From contig CAVXXH010000004.1 of assembly GCA_963765655.1 (NCBI GenBank), forward strand, positions 21,040 to 85,039: a DNA stretch of 64,000 nucleotides, given 5' to 3'. Positions 27,587 through 37,350 of this stretch are shown here, piece by piece (the first letter of the stretch is position 1; every line of letters begins with the position of its first letter). The position numbers were made by a program, and so were the translations under genes. The notes under the pieces were generated by a model. It was not told where the DNA came from and ran no database searches. It saw only the letters and a program-made list of their open reading frames with translations. Source of the DNA: an uncultured Chloroflexia bacterium (GTDB lineage: Bacteria > Chloroflexota > Anaerolineae > Anaerolineales > Anaerolineaceae).

Positions 27587-28888
27587 ATGTACATGAACCC
27601 AAATGATTTCTTAAAATTAAAACAACATATTCTGACAATGATCGCCAGAGAGCTCGAAAGTAAAAGACCTCCTTATCGTGAACGCGATGAATTTGTTAGA
27701 AACAATCTGGATATTGCTTACCAATCACTGAATATTAAATTACCGCAAACAATACAGAAACAATTATTCAAAGAAATTTTGGATGATATTTTAGGCTTTG
27801 GCCCGCTTCAATCCTTACTAGAAGATAACACCATTAGTGAAGTGATGGTGAACGGACCAAATTCTGTTTACATCGAACAAAATGGAAAATTAATAAAGAC
27901 CGGAATCACCTTCGAAGATGATGATGCAGTTATGAGGATAATTGAAAAGATAATTATGCCGCTAGGTCGAAGAATTGATGTAGATACCCCAACGGTTGAT
28001 GCACGTCTTCCTGATGGTTCACGCGTAAATGCTGTCATTCCTCCGGTAGCAATTGATGGGCCAATAATTACGATTCGAAAATTTGAAAAAGGCCGACTTT
28101 CAATTGACCAATTGGTTGAATTTGGCTCTATTACCATAAATATGGCAAAATTTCTAGAAGCCTGTGTCATCTCCCGACTAAATATTATGATATCGGGTGG
28201 TACAGGTTCTGGAAAAACAACGCTGCTAAATGTATTATCGCGCTTTATTCCGGAATCTGAACGAATTGTAACCATCGAAGATGCTGCTGAGTTGCAATTG
28301 CAGCAGGAACATATAGTCCGTATGGAAACAAAACCAGCGAACATTGAGGGAAAATATCCGGTTTCCATTCGTGAATTGGTGAGGAACTCGTTGCGCATGC
28401 GTCCAGATCGAATTATTGTTGGTGAGGTTCGAGGTGGAGAAGCGCTGGATATGTTGCAAGCGATGAACACAGGACATGATGGTTCATTAACAACCATTCA
28501 TGCTAACACTCCCCGCGATGCACTATCCAGATTGGAAACGTTATGCTTAATGGCAGGAATGGATTTGCCAGTCAGTGTAATTCGTGAACAGGTTGCCAGT
28601 GCTATTGACTTAATCGTGCAACAATCCAGATTGAGTGATGGTAGCAGAAAAATCACATCCATAACCGAGGTTGCTGGAATGGAAGGTCAAACGATCGTGA
28701 TGACTGATATTTTCAAATTTGAAAAAACTGGCATCACACCGGAAGGAAAAGTGATAGGCGAGCTCAAACCGACAGGAATTCGTCCGTTCTTCACACCACG
28801 CCTTGAACAAAACAGGTTTATTCTCGGCCCTGAAGTTTTTGGTGCCAGTGTTGCGCAAATTTTAGCTTCCGGACGGCAACGACGTTAA
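27587..28888 (+). CDS. cpaF: CpaF/TadA-type secretion (type II/IV) ATPase
   Basis: ISEVMVNG, Walker A GGTGSGKTTLLN, TIEDAAEL, RPDRIIVGEVRGGEA and GHDGSLTTIHAN. Confidence 0.9.
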   Translation: MYMNPNDFLKLKQHILTMIARELESKRPPYRERDEFVRNNLDIAYQSLNIKLPQTIQKQLFKEILDDILGFGPLQSLLEDNTISEVMVNGPNSVYIEQNGKLIKTGITFEDDDAVMRIIEKIIMPLGRRIDVDTPTVDARLPDGSRVNAVIPPVAIDGPIITIRKFEKGRLSIDQLVEFGSITINMAKFLEACVISRLNIMISGGTGSGKTTLLNVLSRFIPESERIVTIEDAAELQLQQEHIVRMETKPANIEGKYPVSIRELVRNSLRMRPDRIIVGEVRGGEALDMLQAMNTGHDGSLTTIHANTPRDALSRLETLCLMAGMDLPVSVIREQVASAIDLIVQQSRLSDGSRKITSITEVAGMEGQTIVMTDIFKFEKTGITPEGKVIGELKPTGIRPFFTPRLEQNRFILGPEVFGASVAQILASGRQRR

Positions 28889-28945
28889 AACCCTGCTATA
28901 ATTTTTTTAAAGAATTTCTAATTGTCAGTGGATAGGGATACCATT

Positions 28946-29626
28946 ATGAAAAATAACAAACTTTACGCACAAATTCGTAGTAAAAAATTAGGGATTTTAT
29001 TAATGGATGCTCGTCTTTCAAAAAAATCCTCGGTCAATGATATTTCAAAACAAACTGGAATTGCTGAAGATCGATTGATACGATTTGAAAATGGCAGTAT
29101 CTCCCCCAGCTTGCCTGAATTAGAAATATTAGCATACACATATAATCTGCCCATGAATCATTTTTGGGGAAAAAACATCCTACACACGACCATAAACGGT
29201 GATTTAGAAGAAAAATTTCAAACATTATTGAAGATCCGAAACAAAATCATTGGTACAAATATAAAATCAAAACGCCAGGGTAACCAGATAACAAGCGAGG
29301 AACTTGCTGAGAAATGCGAGATCGCCAATGATCAACTAACCAGGTTTGAAAATGGTGAAGAAGAAATTCCTGTACCCTTTCTTGAGATTATTGCCAAATG
29401 CTTAAATTGCCAGATCGAAGATTTTTTCGATAATCAGGGGATAATTGGTGCCTGGCGCAAAGAATATACGGAAATTAGTAGTTTGAAAGAACTGCCACAT
29501 GAATTTAGAGAGTTTATTATTAAACCAATCAATGCCCCTTATCTGGATCTGGCGATGAAGTTAAGTGAATTAGATGTCAAAAAATTACGTCTGGTTGCAG
29601 AAGGGCTGTTAGAAATAACTTTATAA
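28946..29626 (+). CDS. Protein with two XRE-type HTH domains
   Basis: There are two copies of a ..S..(D/E)(I/L)(S/A)..(T/C).I....L.RFENG... pattern. The start is uncertain (TTG 28922 or ATG 28946). Confidence 0.65.
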   Translation: MKNNKLYAQIRSKKLGILLMDARLSKKSSVNDISKQTGIAEDRLIRFENGSISPSLPELEILAYTYNLPMNHFWGKNILHTTINGDLEEKFQTLLKIRNKIIGTNIKSKRQGNQITSEELAEKCEIANDQLTRFENGEEEIPVPFLEIIAKCLNCQIEDFFDNQGIIGAWRKEYTEISSLKELPHEFREFIIKPINAPYLDLAMKLSELDVKKLRLVAEGLLEITL

Positions 29627-29631
29627 TCGCT

Positions 29632-30162
29632 ATGAACATTAATGCTGAGATATCCAAAGCTAATGACCTTTTTAAACAAAAAAAATATGTGGAAGCTGCC
29701 TGCCTATTTGAAACAATTGCTGGTACATATCAGGAATTAGGGGAAGTTTGTCTAACTGCCGAGATGAAGAATAACGCCAGCGTCGCTTACCTGATGGCTG
29801 GCGATCCTCAAAAATCATATGATGTGTCAAAAGACACACATTTAATTTTTGAAGGGACGGATGATTGGAAAAATTACGGTCTGGCTCTGGGAAATCAAGC
29901 TTCTGCATTGGAAAATTTGGGCCAAAAAGACCTGGCATTAGAATATTATCAAATAGCTGCTGAAAAATTAAAACAGGCTGGTGAGAATGAATCCAGAGCA
30001 TATGTACTGAAAAGAATTTCTGCCCTTCAGATCCAAAGGGGAGAACAATTGGATGCCTTGGGTAGTATGACAGCAGCGTTGCACAATTTACCGCAACTAT
30101 CCAGAAGAGAAAAAATCTTAAAAAAATTAACCGACCTTGCGATGAAAATTGGTAATCGATAA
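29632..30162 (+). CDS. TPR-like helical repeat protein
   Basis: Repeated A..Y/F...A....G helical pairs (KKYVEAACLFETIAGTYQELGE, GLALGNQASALENLGQKDLALEYYQIAAE). Confidence 0.5.
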   Translation: MNINAEISKANDLFKQKKYVEAACLFETIAGTYQELGEVCLTAEMKNNASVAYLMAGDPQKSYDVSKDTHLIFEGTDDWKNYGLALGNQASALENLGQKDLALEYYQIAAEKLKQAGENESRAYVLKRISALQIQRGEQLDALGSMTAALHNLPQLSRREKILKKLTDLAMKIGNR

Positions 30163-30177
30163 GATTTAACCATAACA

Positions 30178-31023
30178 ATGTATTCTTCATTAGAAATTCG
30201 CCCAGCGATTGAAAGTGATCAACCAGAGTTAAACTCTTTTTTAAGATATGAATTTTTTATTCATCAACACCTGGATTGGCAGCCTGTTTTTGATTGGCTG
30301 GGATTTCAACCCTTTTATCTTGCCATTCAAAATGGTGAAATAATTGCATGTTTGGCTGCACCCAGTGACGTAACAGATGTGGCCTGGGTACGATTATTTG
30401 CCTGTTCATCATTATATTCACGAATAGAAATCTGGAATCTTCTTGTTGATAGAGTTATCACATCATATCAGGGAAATATTTCAACGATTGCTGTACTTGG
30501 TATTCATCAATGGTTTGTTGATTTGTTATTGAAACAATCCTTTATAGTTCATCAAAATATAATTACGTTTGATTGGTTCACAAATATTATTTCTCCACCA
30601 AATTCGTTGCCAGGTTTAGTGATCAAATCTGCAGAATTTGTAGAATTAAGTGAAGTTGCTAATCTGGATGCTCGTTGCTTTGCTCCCTTGTGGCAATTGC
30701 CAGAGCAGTCCATGAAAAAGGCCTATCAACAGGCTGGATATTCAACAGTGGCAATTTATGAGGGGAAAATTATTGGATATCAAATGAGTACAGAATCCTT
30801 TTCTTCAGCTCACCTTGCTCGCCTGGCGGTTGATCCGGATTTTCAGGGGAATAATATTGGAAAACTTTTACTGTTTGATTTATTTTCACATTATTCTTCG
30901 TCGGGGATTCACAAAATTACCGTGAACACTCAGGATGATAATTTTTCATCAAAAGCATTGTATTCTCAAATGGGTTTTCTCCAAACGGATGAAAAATACC
31001 CGGTTTTGATTCGAAGAATTTAG
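30178..31023 (+). CDS. GNAT-family N-acetyltransferase
   Basis: LARLAVDPDFQGNNIGKLLL (acetyl-CoA motif A) in the C-terminal half. Confidence 0.7.
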   Translation: MYSSLEIRPAIESDQPELNSFLRYEFFIHQHLDWQPVFDWLGFQPFYLAIQNGEIIACLAAPSDVTDVAWVRLFACSSLYSRIEIWNLLVDRVITSYQGNISTIAVLGIHQWFVDLLLKQSFIVHQNIITFDWFTNIISPPNSLPGLVIKSAEFVELSEVANLDARCFAPLWQLPEQSMKKAYQQAGYSTVAIYEGKIIGYQMSTESFSSAHLARLAVDPDFQGNNIGKLLLFDLFSHYSSSGIHKITVNTQDDNFSSKALYSQMGFLQTDEKYPVLIRRI

Positions 31024-31107
31024 CAAATTTTTTCGCATACTTTATATTTTTGATTGACTTTATCCTATTTGCGCTTAAAATTCCTCCTAATAATCGGAGG
31101 ATTAATA

Positions 31108-31788
31108 ATGGGTAAAAGACAGGAAATCAGGAATAAGCGAATTAAAAAAGCACAAAGTAAACGTCGCTATGTATTAATCATTGTAATTGCAGTATCCCTT
31201 CTCATTTCAGCATTTGTGATTTATCAATCTCAGAAACCCGTAGGGGAAATCAAATTGATTGAAGAGAAAACACGTCCACAAACAGATGGATTAACCATGG
31301 GCAATCCTGGAGCACCTGTCGTAGTTGAAGAATTTTCAGATTTTCAATGTATCGCATGTTATCGCTTTTGGCAGAATTTTGAAGAAGACTTGATAAATCG
31401 CTATGTGGCATCAGGTAATGTTTTATTCAAGTATGTGCCTTTCAGTTTCATTGGTAATGAATCTTTTCAGGCAGCTGAAGCAGCATATTGTGCAGAAGAA
31501 GAAGGACGATTCTGGGATTATCATGACACCTTGTTCCTGAATTGGAATGGTGAAAACACAGGCAACTTCAGTGACAAACGTCTTGTGGCATTTGCCGGTT
31601 CGTTGGGATTGGATGAAAACAGTTTCAAAGCATGTTTAAACAGTAACCGCTATAACAGTGATGTTCAGGAAGGTTTACAGTACGGAAGAACTTTTGGTGT
31701 CAATGCCACCCCAACTTTCCTGGTAAATGGAAAACTGGTCTATGGTGACGCTTTATTTTCAACGATTGATGAATTATTAGGTCAATAA
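31108..31788 (+). CDS. DsbA-family thiol:disulfide oxidoreductase, membrane anchored
   Basis: ATG 31108 follows GGAGG. A basic N-terminus plus a TM helix precedes FSDFQCIACYRFW (CxxC) and VNATPTFLVNG. Confidence 0.8.
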   Translation: MGKRQEIRNKRIKKAQSKRRYVLIIVIAVSLLISAFVIYQSQKPVGEIKLIEEKTRPQTDGLTMGNPGAPVVVEEFSDFQCIACYRFWQNFEEDLINRYVASGNVLFKYVPFSFIGNESFQAAEAAYCAEEEGRFWDYHDTLFLNWNGENTGNFSDKRLVAFAGSLGLDENSFKACLNSNRYNSDVQEGLQYGRTFGVNATPTFLVNGKLVYGDALFSTIDELLGQ

Positions 31789-31801
31789 AAAAATCAAAAA
31801 T

Positions 31802-31830
31802 CAGGTCTGAGACTTTTCTTATCCGACCTG
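31802..31830. terminator. Hairpin between convergent genes, A-run upstream and T-rich downstream
   Basis: CAGGTC-17 nt-GACCTG. On the minus strand it is followed by TTTTTGATTTTTTT. Confidence 0.35.
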
Positions 31831-31840
31831 GATATTTTAA

Positions 31841-32557
31841 TTAATAGATTCCAAGTAAATTAAATATCCAGATAACCAGAGGTAAAATAATAAAACCAGG
31901 TAAGAAGTTGGCTATCCTGATTTTTTTGATTTCCAACAAACTACTAACAGCAATCCCCATCAACATTATTCCGCCTATAGCGCTGAATTCAGCCAAAATC
32001 TGATCAGACATTATAAATTGTAGTTGGGTTGCCAATAATGAAAGTCCACCCTGATAAACGAGTATTACAAGACTGGAAAATAAAACCCCTATTCCCAGGC
32101 TGGATGCAAAAGCAATCGCTGCAAATCCATCCATTATTGCTTTAATGACCAGCGTATTATAATCGCCGGTCAAGCCATCCTGAATGGAGCCCAGTATTGC
32201 CATTGGTCCAATCGAAAAGAGTAATGAAGCTGTCAGGAATCCACGAATGAATTTTGCACTTTCAATTCCTTTGTTCCTGTTAAACTTTCTTTCGAGAAAA
32301 ATACCCAGGTGGGATAATGCATCCTCTATTCGCCACCATTCACCGAACAAAACCCCAATTAACATACTGATTAACACAACCAGCGCATTTCCTGTTTGCA
32401 TGAACAACCGTATGCCATAAGCGAAAGTGAATAATCCTAAAGCCATCATCACGGTATAACGGACTTTTTCAGGCAATCGATTTCCTAATAATAAACCAAA
32501 AAATCCCCCTAGCAGAATTGTAGCAACGTTGATTATTGTTCCGGTTAGATGCATCAC
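31841..32557 (-). CDS. DUF554-family integral membrane protein
   Basis: HLTGTIINVATILLGGFFGLLLGNRLPEK and 6-7 TM helices. The start overlaps the upstream stop (GTGATG). Confidence 0.7.
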   Translation of the reverse strand: MMHLTGTIINVATILLGGFFGLLLGNRLPEKVRYTVMMALGLFTFAYGIRLFMQTGNALVVLISMLIGVLFGEWWRIEDALSHLGIFLERKFNRNKGIESAKFIRGFLTASLLFSIGPMAILGSIQDGLTGDYNTLVIKAIMDGFAAIAFASSLGIGVLFSSLVILVYQGGLSLLATQLQFIMSDQILAEFSAIGGIMLMGIAVSSLLEIKKIRIANFLPGFIILPLVIWIFNLLGIY

Positions 32558-33096
32558 TTCACCAATGTTTGATCACCTTTGCCAACAATAAAGTTTTCGT
32601 ATAATTCTAAAATAAATAATAATGAGGATAATCGATTAAGAAATCGTAATAACTCCTGATTTTCAATAAAGCCAAGATCCAGAAGCTCTGCCAATCGTCT
32701 CTCAGCCCTTCGGACAATCGTTCGGGATAATGCTAAAAATGCTCCACCTTTTGTATCTCCAGGAACGATAAATTCAGTAGGAATCGTTGTCTTTTGGCTT
32801 ATATTTTCAATGGTATCTTCAATCCAGGTGACACTTTCCTGATTAATCGCACGGAATTTTTCAGCAACATCTTTTTCTGAAGCTACTTCTCCCATAACAA
32901 GATAAAGTTGTTTTTGAACCTTTAATATAATTTCCTGAATCTCTATCGAGCACACAAACGCTCTACATAAACCTAAAGCTGCACTGGCTTCATCCAGGCT
33001 CCCAATCGTTTCCATACGGAGATCATATTTCTTAACGCGATCTTTTCCTAACAATCCAGTGGTTCCATCATCACCAGTTTTGGTATAAAAGGTCAT
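32554..33096 (-). CDS. PduO-type ATP:cob(I)alamin adenosyltransferase
   Basis: TKTGDDGTTGLLG..RVKKYDLRMETIGSLDEASAALG and FIVPGDTKGGAFLALSRTIVRRAER. ATGA overlap with the upstream gene. Confidence 0.88.
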   Translation of the reverse strand: MTFYTKTGDDGTTGLLGKDRVKKYDLRMETIGSLDEASAALGLCRAFVCSIEIQEIILKVQKQLYLVMGEVASEKDVAEKFRAINQESVTWIEDTIENISQKTTIPTEFIVPGDTKGGAFLALSRTIVRRAERRLAELLDLGFIENQELLRFLNRLSSLLFILELYENFIVGKGDQTLVK

Positions 33097-33674
33097 TTCT
33101 TTTCTCCTGGCTGTACGAATTTCCTATACAAATACCAATATTTCTCCAGTGGAAAAATCTCCATTAATTCACTTTCCCAAATAAAACCACTTTCCAATGT
33201 CGAATATTTATACTTTTTATCCAGAATGGTTAATTGTTGAAGGTGTTGCCCTCTCTCAAACTCATCCAATTCATCAATCAATAAGCCAATCATCAATCTG
33301 ACCTGCAGTTTACTATTCATTTGAGGTTGAGAGAATTCAGAATCTACACGTAAATCATTTATGAATTGGTTCCACTGGCGAATTCTTACCGGTAATTCTT
33401 CAGAAACTTTTTTTTGCCAGTTTGCCAACCATTTATTTCTTAGCTCTATAAATTGATTCAAAATTGAATCGATATCTAATTTTTTTTGGTTTTGAAGAAT
33501 TAACTCGGAGATCAACAAACGACCTGCACTGATTCTGATTCTACGCTCTGAAGGTAAAAATTCTTTATTGGATACATTGAGTTGCCAATATATCTCGTTA
33601 GAAAAGAGAAATGGTTTCCAATCCGAAAGTATTTCTTTTAAAATTTCTTCTTCTAATTCAACCTTCCACATCAC
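33093..33674 (-). CDS. Hypothetical protein, translationally coupled between the SBP and adenosyltransferase genes
   Basis: 193-aa ORF that overlaps both neighbours by 4 nt. No motif recognised. Confidence 0.55.
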   Translation of the reverse strand: MMWKVELEEEILKEILSDWKPFLFSNEIYWQLNVSNKEFLPSERRIRISAGRLLISELILQNQKKLDIDSILNQFIELRNKWLANWQKKVSEELPVRIRQWNQFINDLRVDSEFSQPQMNSKLQVRLMIGLLIDELDEFERGQHLQQLTILDKKYKYSTLESGFIWESELMEIFPLEKYWYLYRKFVQPGEKK

Positions 33675-35377
33675 TCATCACCACTTGAACTTTCAAGGGA
33701 TGGTGTTGCAATGGTCTCAGGTCTTGGTCCGATAATATACCAATTTTTCACTGTCAGAAAACGATCGCTGGTGTCAAACATCGGTCCGACTGTTACTCCT
33801 TGAATCTGTTTTGAAATAGCAAAATTGTAAACAGGATAAAAAAGTGGGAGTGCAGGGAGTTCTTCTTCAAACACAACCTGGAAATTTCGATAGAATAATG
33901 ACCTGTCAATCAGGTTGGTAGTTATCCTTGCCTGTTCAAGATAATCACTGGCGACAAAATTGTCCCATTGTGAATAATTCTGTCCCCCAGTTGCCTGCAC
34001 CTGGTCCCAAAATGGGTAAGGATCAGGGTCTGGTGTCCAGGAAAGATCCAGATCAATTAATGCAGCCTGGTATGAACGTGGATTGAGATAAGAATTGATT
34101 AATTCAGAATAGGATACCCCACGAATATTTACAGAGATATTTAATGCTTCCCAGTTCTGTTGAATCATCTCAGCCAATTGACGGTGCGTTTCACTGTCTG
34201 GATAAAGTAGTTCAAATCTAAACTCCACTCCATCTTTTGCTCGAATCGTTGTGTTCTCACCCCCAAGAACATACCCGGCGTCTTTTATTAATTGTGTAGC
34301 AATATTTTGATCAAATTCAACAGACTTAATACCATCATAGTATGCCCAGGTACCCGGCAAGATGGGTCCATCTGCAATAATCGCCTGACTGTTGAAGATT
34401 TTATCAACCATTTTTTGACGATTTAATCCAGATAATAATGCTTTCCTTATGTTGACATCCTGGAAAAATGGCATTTCTTGATTTTTAAGATTGAATAAAA
34501 TCAGTGTTAATCGAGGCTCTCTTGCAGTATACAAGGCCAGATCAGGATTGATTAATACATCTCCTAAAATTGAAGACTCTACTTTGCTAACCCCCAGTAC
34601 CAATCCATCCTGAAAAGCTTTTAATGCGTCTGAAGAATTTTCATAATATCGAAACACCATTTGTTCGATAAGGGGGGGATCTTCATAATATTCCTGATTA
34701 GCTCGGAGAATGACCCCTTTAATCTGATTGTTCTCAGTAATTAATCCCTCAAAAGCATAGGGACCACTTCCAACAGGTTGTAGATTAAACCCTGAATCTA
34801 TCATTTGTTGAAAGCTCAGGCTACCTAATAAGTGCTCAGGAAGAATACCGAAGGAAAGATAATCTAGAAAAGGCGCAAAAGGCTCCTCAAGGCGAAATTG
34901 AATGGTTGTCTCACTCAATGTTTTGACATCCACCTCGGTCCAGAAGGATCGAATATCATCAGGTACCACGCCCTCACCGTCTCTGATCATATTGATCGTA
35001 AATAATATATCATTCGTGGTCAGCGCTTTACCATCATGCCATTTTACATCAGGACGAAGGGTAATATTGTAAATTGTCCCATCTTGAGAAATACCATAGG
35101 TTTCAACTAATTCTAACTTGGGTATACCTCGTTCTTCAAAAGTAATCATCCTGCTGAATAACAATCGATTCAACTCACGATCGGCTGAATTGTAATAATC
35201 TAATACGGGATTTAATCTCTGAAATTTTCCAACCAATGCTTCAGTATACACACCCCCCTGTTGTGGTTCAGGAACTTCCACAGAAGATGATGCATCCGGT
35301 TTTTCATTGATTAATAAAATTCCACTCACCAGACCGGTAAGAAAAATAATGAGTAATTGCCAACGTAATTTTTTCAT
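33671..35377 (-). CDS. ABC transporter substrate-binding protein, family 5 (peptide/nickel type)
   Basis: Start taken at MKKLRWQLLIIFLTGLV (signal/anchor); the ORF track extends to 35410. The length and motifs (KWHDG..LT..DI, GPY, LNP) are typical of SBP_bac_5. Confidence 0.8.
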   Translation of the reverse strand: MKKLRWQLLIIFLTGLVSGILLINEKPDASSSVEVPEPQQGGVYTEALVGKFQRLNPVLDYYNSADRELNRLLFSRMITFEERGIPKLELVETYGISQDGTIYNITLRPDVKWHDGKALTTNDILFTINMIRDGEGVVPDDIRSFWTEVDVKTLSETTIQFRLEEPFAPFLDYLSFGILPEHLLGSLSFQQMIDSGFNLQPVGSGPYAFEGLITENNQIKGVILRANQEYYEDPPLIEQMVFRYYENSSDALKAFQDGLVLGVSKVESSILGDVLINPDLALYTAREPRLTLILFNLKNQEMPFFQDVNIRKALLSGLNRQKMVDKIFNSQAIIADGPILPGTWAYYDGIKSVEFDQNIATQLIKDAGYVLGGENTTIRAKDGVEFRFELLYPDSETHRQLAEMIQQNWEALNISVNIRGVSYSELINSYLNPRSYQAALIDLDLSWTPDPDPYPFWDQVQATGGQNYSQWDNFVASDYLEQARITTNLIDRSLFYRNFQVVFEEELPALPLFYPVYNFAISKQIQGVTVGPMFDTSDRFLTVKNWYIIGPRPETIATPSLESSSGDE

Positions 35378-35477
35378 AAGGTTTATCTTTAAAGAAAATA
35401 GGGCGACCATCTTTTCAGTTTTGTATCGCCCAGGATGGTTCTATGAATTTGGTATATTGAGATGAAGTATAAATATC

Positions 35478-35699
35478 TTAATTTCGAATAATCACTGCTG
35501 TAATCGTTAAAATAAAGAATAAGACACTCAATCCGATGGTAATATAAAATAAGGTTTTCTCAATCCCACGTCGAGCCGTAAAGACACCTGAATCGCCACC
35601 GGTTAGCCCACCTAACCCTACACCCTTATTTTGCATAATTACACTGATTATCAGTGCAACAGAAGTTATAATCAAAGCTACATCTACGTATAGAACCAC
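35478..35699 (-). CDS. secG: Preprotein translocase subunit SecG
   Basis: 73 aa with two TM helices separated by a Gly-rich loop (NKGVGLGGLTGGDSG). Confidence 0.7.
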   Translation of the reverse strand: MVLYVDVALIITSVALIISVIMQNKGVGLGGLTGGDSGVFTARRGIEKTLFYITIGLSVLFFILTITAVIIRN

Positions 35700-35783
35700 G
35701 CTTATCCTCCAATCAAGAATTCAGGATTACCCTGAGAAATAACAGATCGAATTATAACGTTTATAAGGGAAAATAGTCAACCT

Positions 35784-36857
35784 GTGGAAGAATTAGTGAT
35801 TAACCTTCATATTCATAGTATATATTCTGATGGTAGCTGGACACATCAAGAAATTGCAGAAGCTGGGATTGCGTCTGGATTGGATGGATTGATCATCACC
35901 GATCATAACGTTTTAGTTCATCACCTGGATGGTTACTTTCATAAAAATGGAAAGAAAATTCTGGTTATCATTGGTGAGGAAATCCATAATAAAGTCCGGG
36001 AACCGCAAAAGAGTCATCTCATCACCTTCGGACAATCCAAAGAACTTTGTAACTATGCTGATAATCCTCAACAGTTAATTCGTCAGGTGGAGAAAAACGG
36101 TGGTTTATCCTTTCTTGCCCATCCATTTGAGGATCCTCTACCACAAGTGAATGAAACTGCAATTACCTGGGAAGATTGGGATATAGATGGATATACAGGT
36201 ATTGAAATTTGGAACCACCTCAGTGAATTGAAAAACGAATCCAAAAGTTGGGTACAGCTACTGGCAAATGTATTTTTCCCAAACAGATATGGACATGGAC
36301 CTCATCCATTATCATTGAAAAAATGGGATGAATTGATATTGTCCGGAAAAAAAATGACGGCCGTTGGTGGTTCTGATGCCCATCGCTTAGAGATGAAAAA
36401 AGCCTTTATCACCCGATTTATATTCCCTTATCAGTTCCATTTCAAATGTGTTAATAATCATTTGCTTATTCCACACCCATTGACCGGGGAATACCTCATC
36501 GATCGGAAAATAATCATTAATGCATTTAAACAGGGAAATTCATTTATTGGATATGACTTACCGGCTTCAACAAAAGGATTTCGTTTCTATGCCCAGGGAA
36601 AACAAAACACAGCTATTATGGGGGAAGAAATCGAATTGGATTCATCCATAACATTTCAAATAAAGCTTCCTGAAATATCAGAATGTAGATTAATTCATAA
36701 TGGGAAAATCATAAAGATCTGGAACGATCTGGAAATCTGCACTTATATTTCAAAATCACCTGGCATTTATCGGGTGGAATGTTATATTCAATTTTTAGGC
36801 AAAATGCGAGGTTGGATATTTAGCAATCCAATCTATGTTCTGGATAAACGGAAATAA
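35784..36857 (+). CDS. PHP-domain metal-dependent phosphoesterase (CehA/McbA-like)
   Basis: GTG start. INLHIHSIYSDGS, ITDHN and GGSDAH. Confidence 0.75.
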   Translation: MEELVINLHIHSIYSDGSWTHQEIAEAGIASGLDGLIITDHNVLVHHLDGYFHKNGKKILVIIGEEIHNKVREPQKSHLITFGQSKELCNYADNPQQLIRQVEKNGGLSFLAHPFEDPLPQVNETAITWEDWDIDGYTGIEIWNHLSELKNESKSWVQLLANVFFPNRYGHGPHPLSLKKWDELILSGKKMTAVGGSDAHRLEMKKAFITRFIFPYQFHFKCVNNHLLIPHPLTGEYLIDRKIIINAFKQGNSFIGYDLPASTKGFRFYAQGKQNTAIMGEEIELDSSITFQIKLPEISECRLIHNGKIIKIWNDLEICTYISKSPGIYRVECYIQFLGKMRGWIFSNPIYVLDKRK

Positions 36858-36859
36858 TC

Positions 36860-37348
36860 ATGCCACAAAACAATGTAACTCGTTTCCTGCAAACCAGAAA
36901 AATTCCCTTTGAAGTTTTTGAAATTCCTGGTGGAAAGAGAACCGCACAGGAGACAGCAAATTTGTTGAAGGTGCCTGTTGGTCGAGTCTTCAAGACGATA
37001 GTTCTACAGCCTGTTTTCCCTGGTAAACCAATTCTCGCCATCGTTCCAGCTGATAAAACTGCTGACCTAAAGGTAATTGCCAAATTTCTGAATGAGAAGA
37101 AACTTACTTTCCCCACCCCGCAAGAAGCCGAGCAAATAACTGGTTTACAGACAGGTGGAATTTCAGCACTGGCATTAATGAATAAAGGCTTCCAAATATT
37201 GCTGGACATTTCCGCCAACGAAACGGATTGGATGCACGTTTCTGGGGGTGAAAGGGGAATTAATATTAAAATTCAGGTAAAAGATTTTATAAAAATAACC
37301 AAAGCCAGAATTGCATCAATTAGCCGGTCACTGGATGAAAAAGAATAG
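36860..37348 (+). CDS. ybaK: YbaK/EbsC-type aminoacyl-tRNA (Cys-tRNA-Pro) deacylase
   Basis: VFKTIVL, LAIVPADKTADLKVIAKF and TGLQTGGISALAL. Confidence 0.75.
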   Translation: MPQNNVTRFLQTRKIPFEVFEIPGGKRTAQETANLLKVPVGRVFKTIVLQPVFPGKPILAIVPADKTADLKVIAKFLNEKKLTFPTPQEAEQITGLQTGGISALALMNKGFQILLDISANETDWMHVSGGERGINIKIQVKDFIKITKARIASISRSLDEKE

Positions 37349-37350
37349 CT

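Noticed and set aside
27868-28497. Long antisense ORFs inside well-supported genes: 27868-28497 in cpaF, 62835-63491 in ileS, 37542-38012 in rtcB, 36820-37218 in ybaK, 54199-54534, 10100-10543, 732-1061, 5062-5280 and others.
   Set aside because: The opposite-strand genes carry unambiguous family motifs. These ORFs have no RBS, show biased low-complexity composition, and are typical shadow ORFs.
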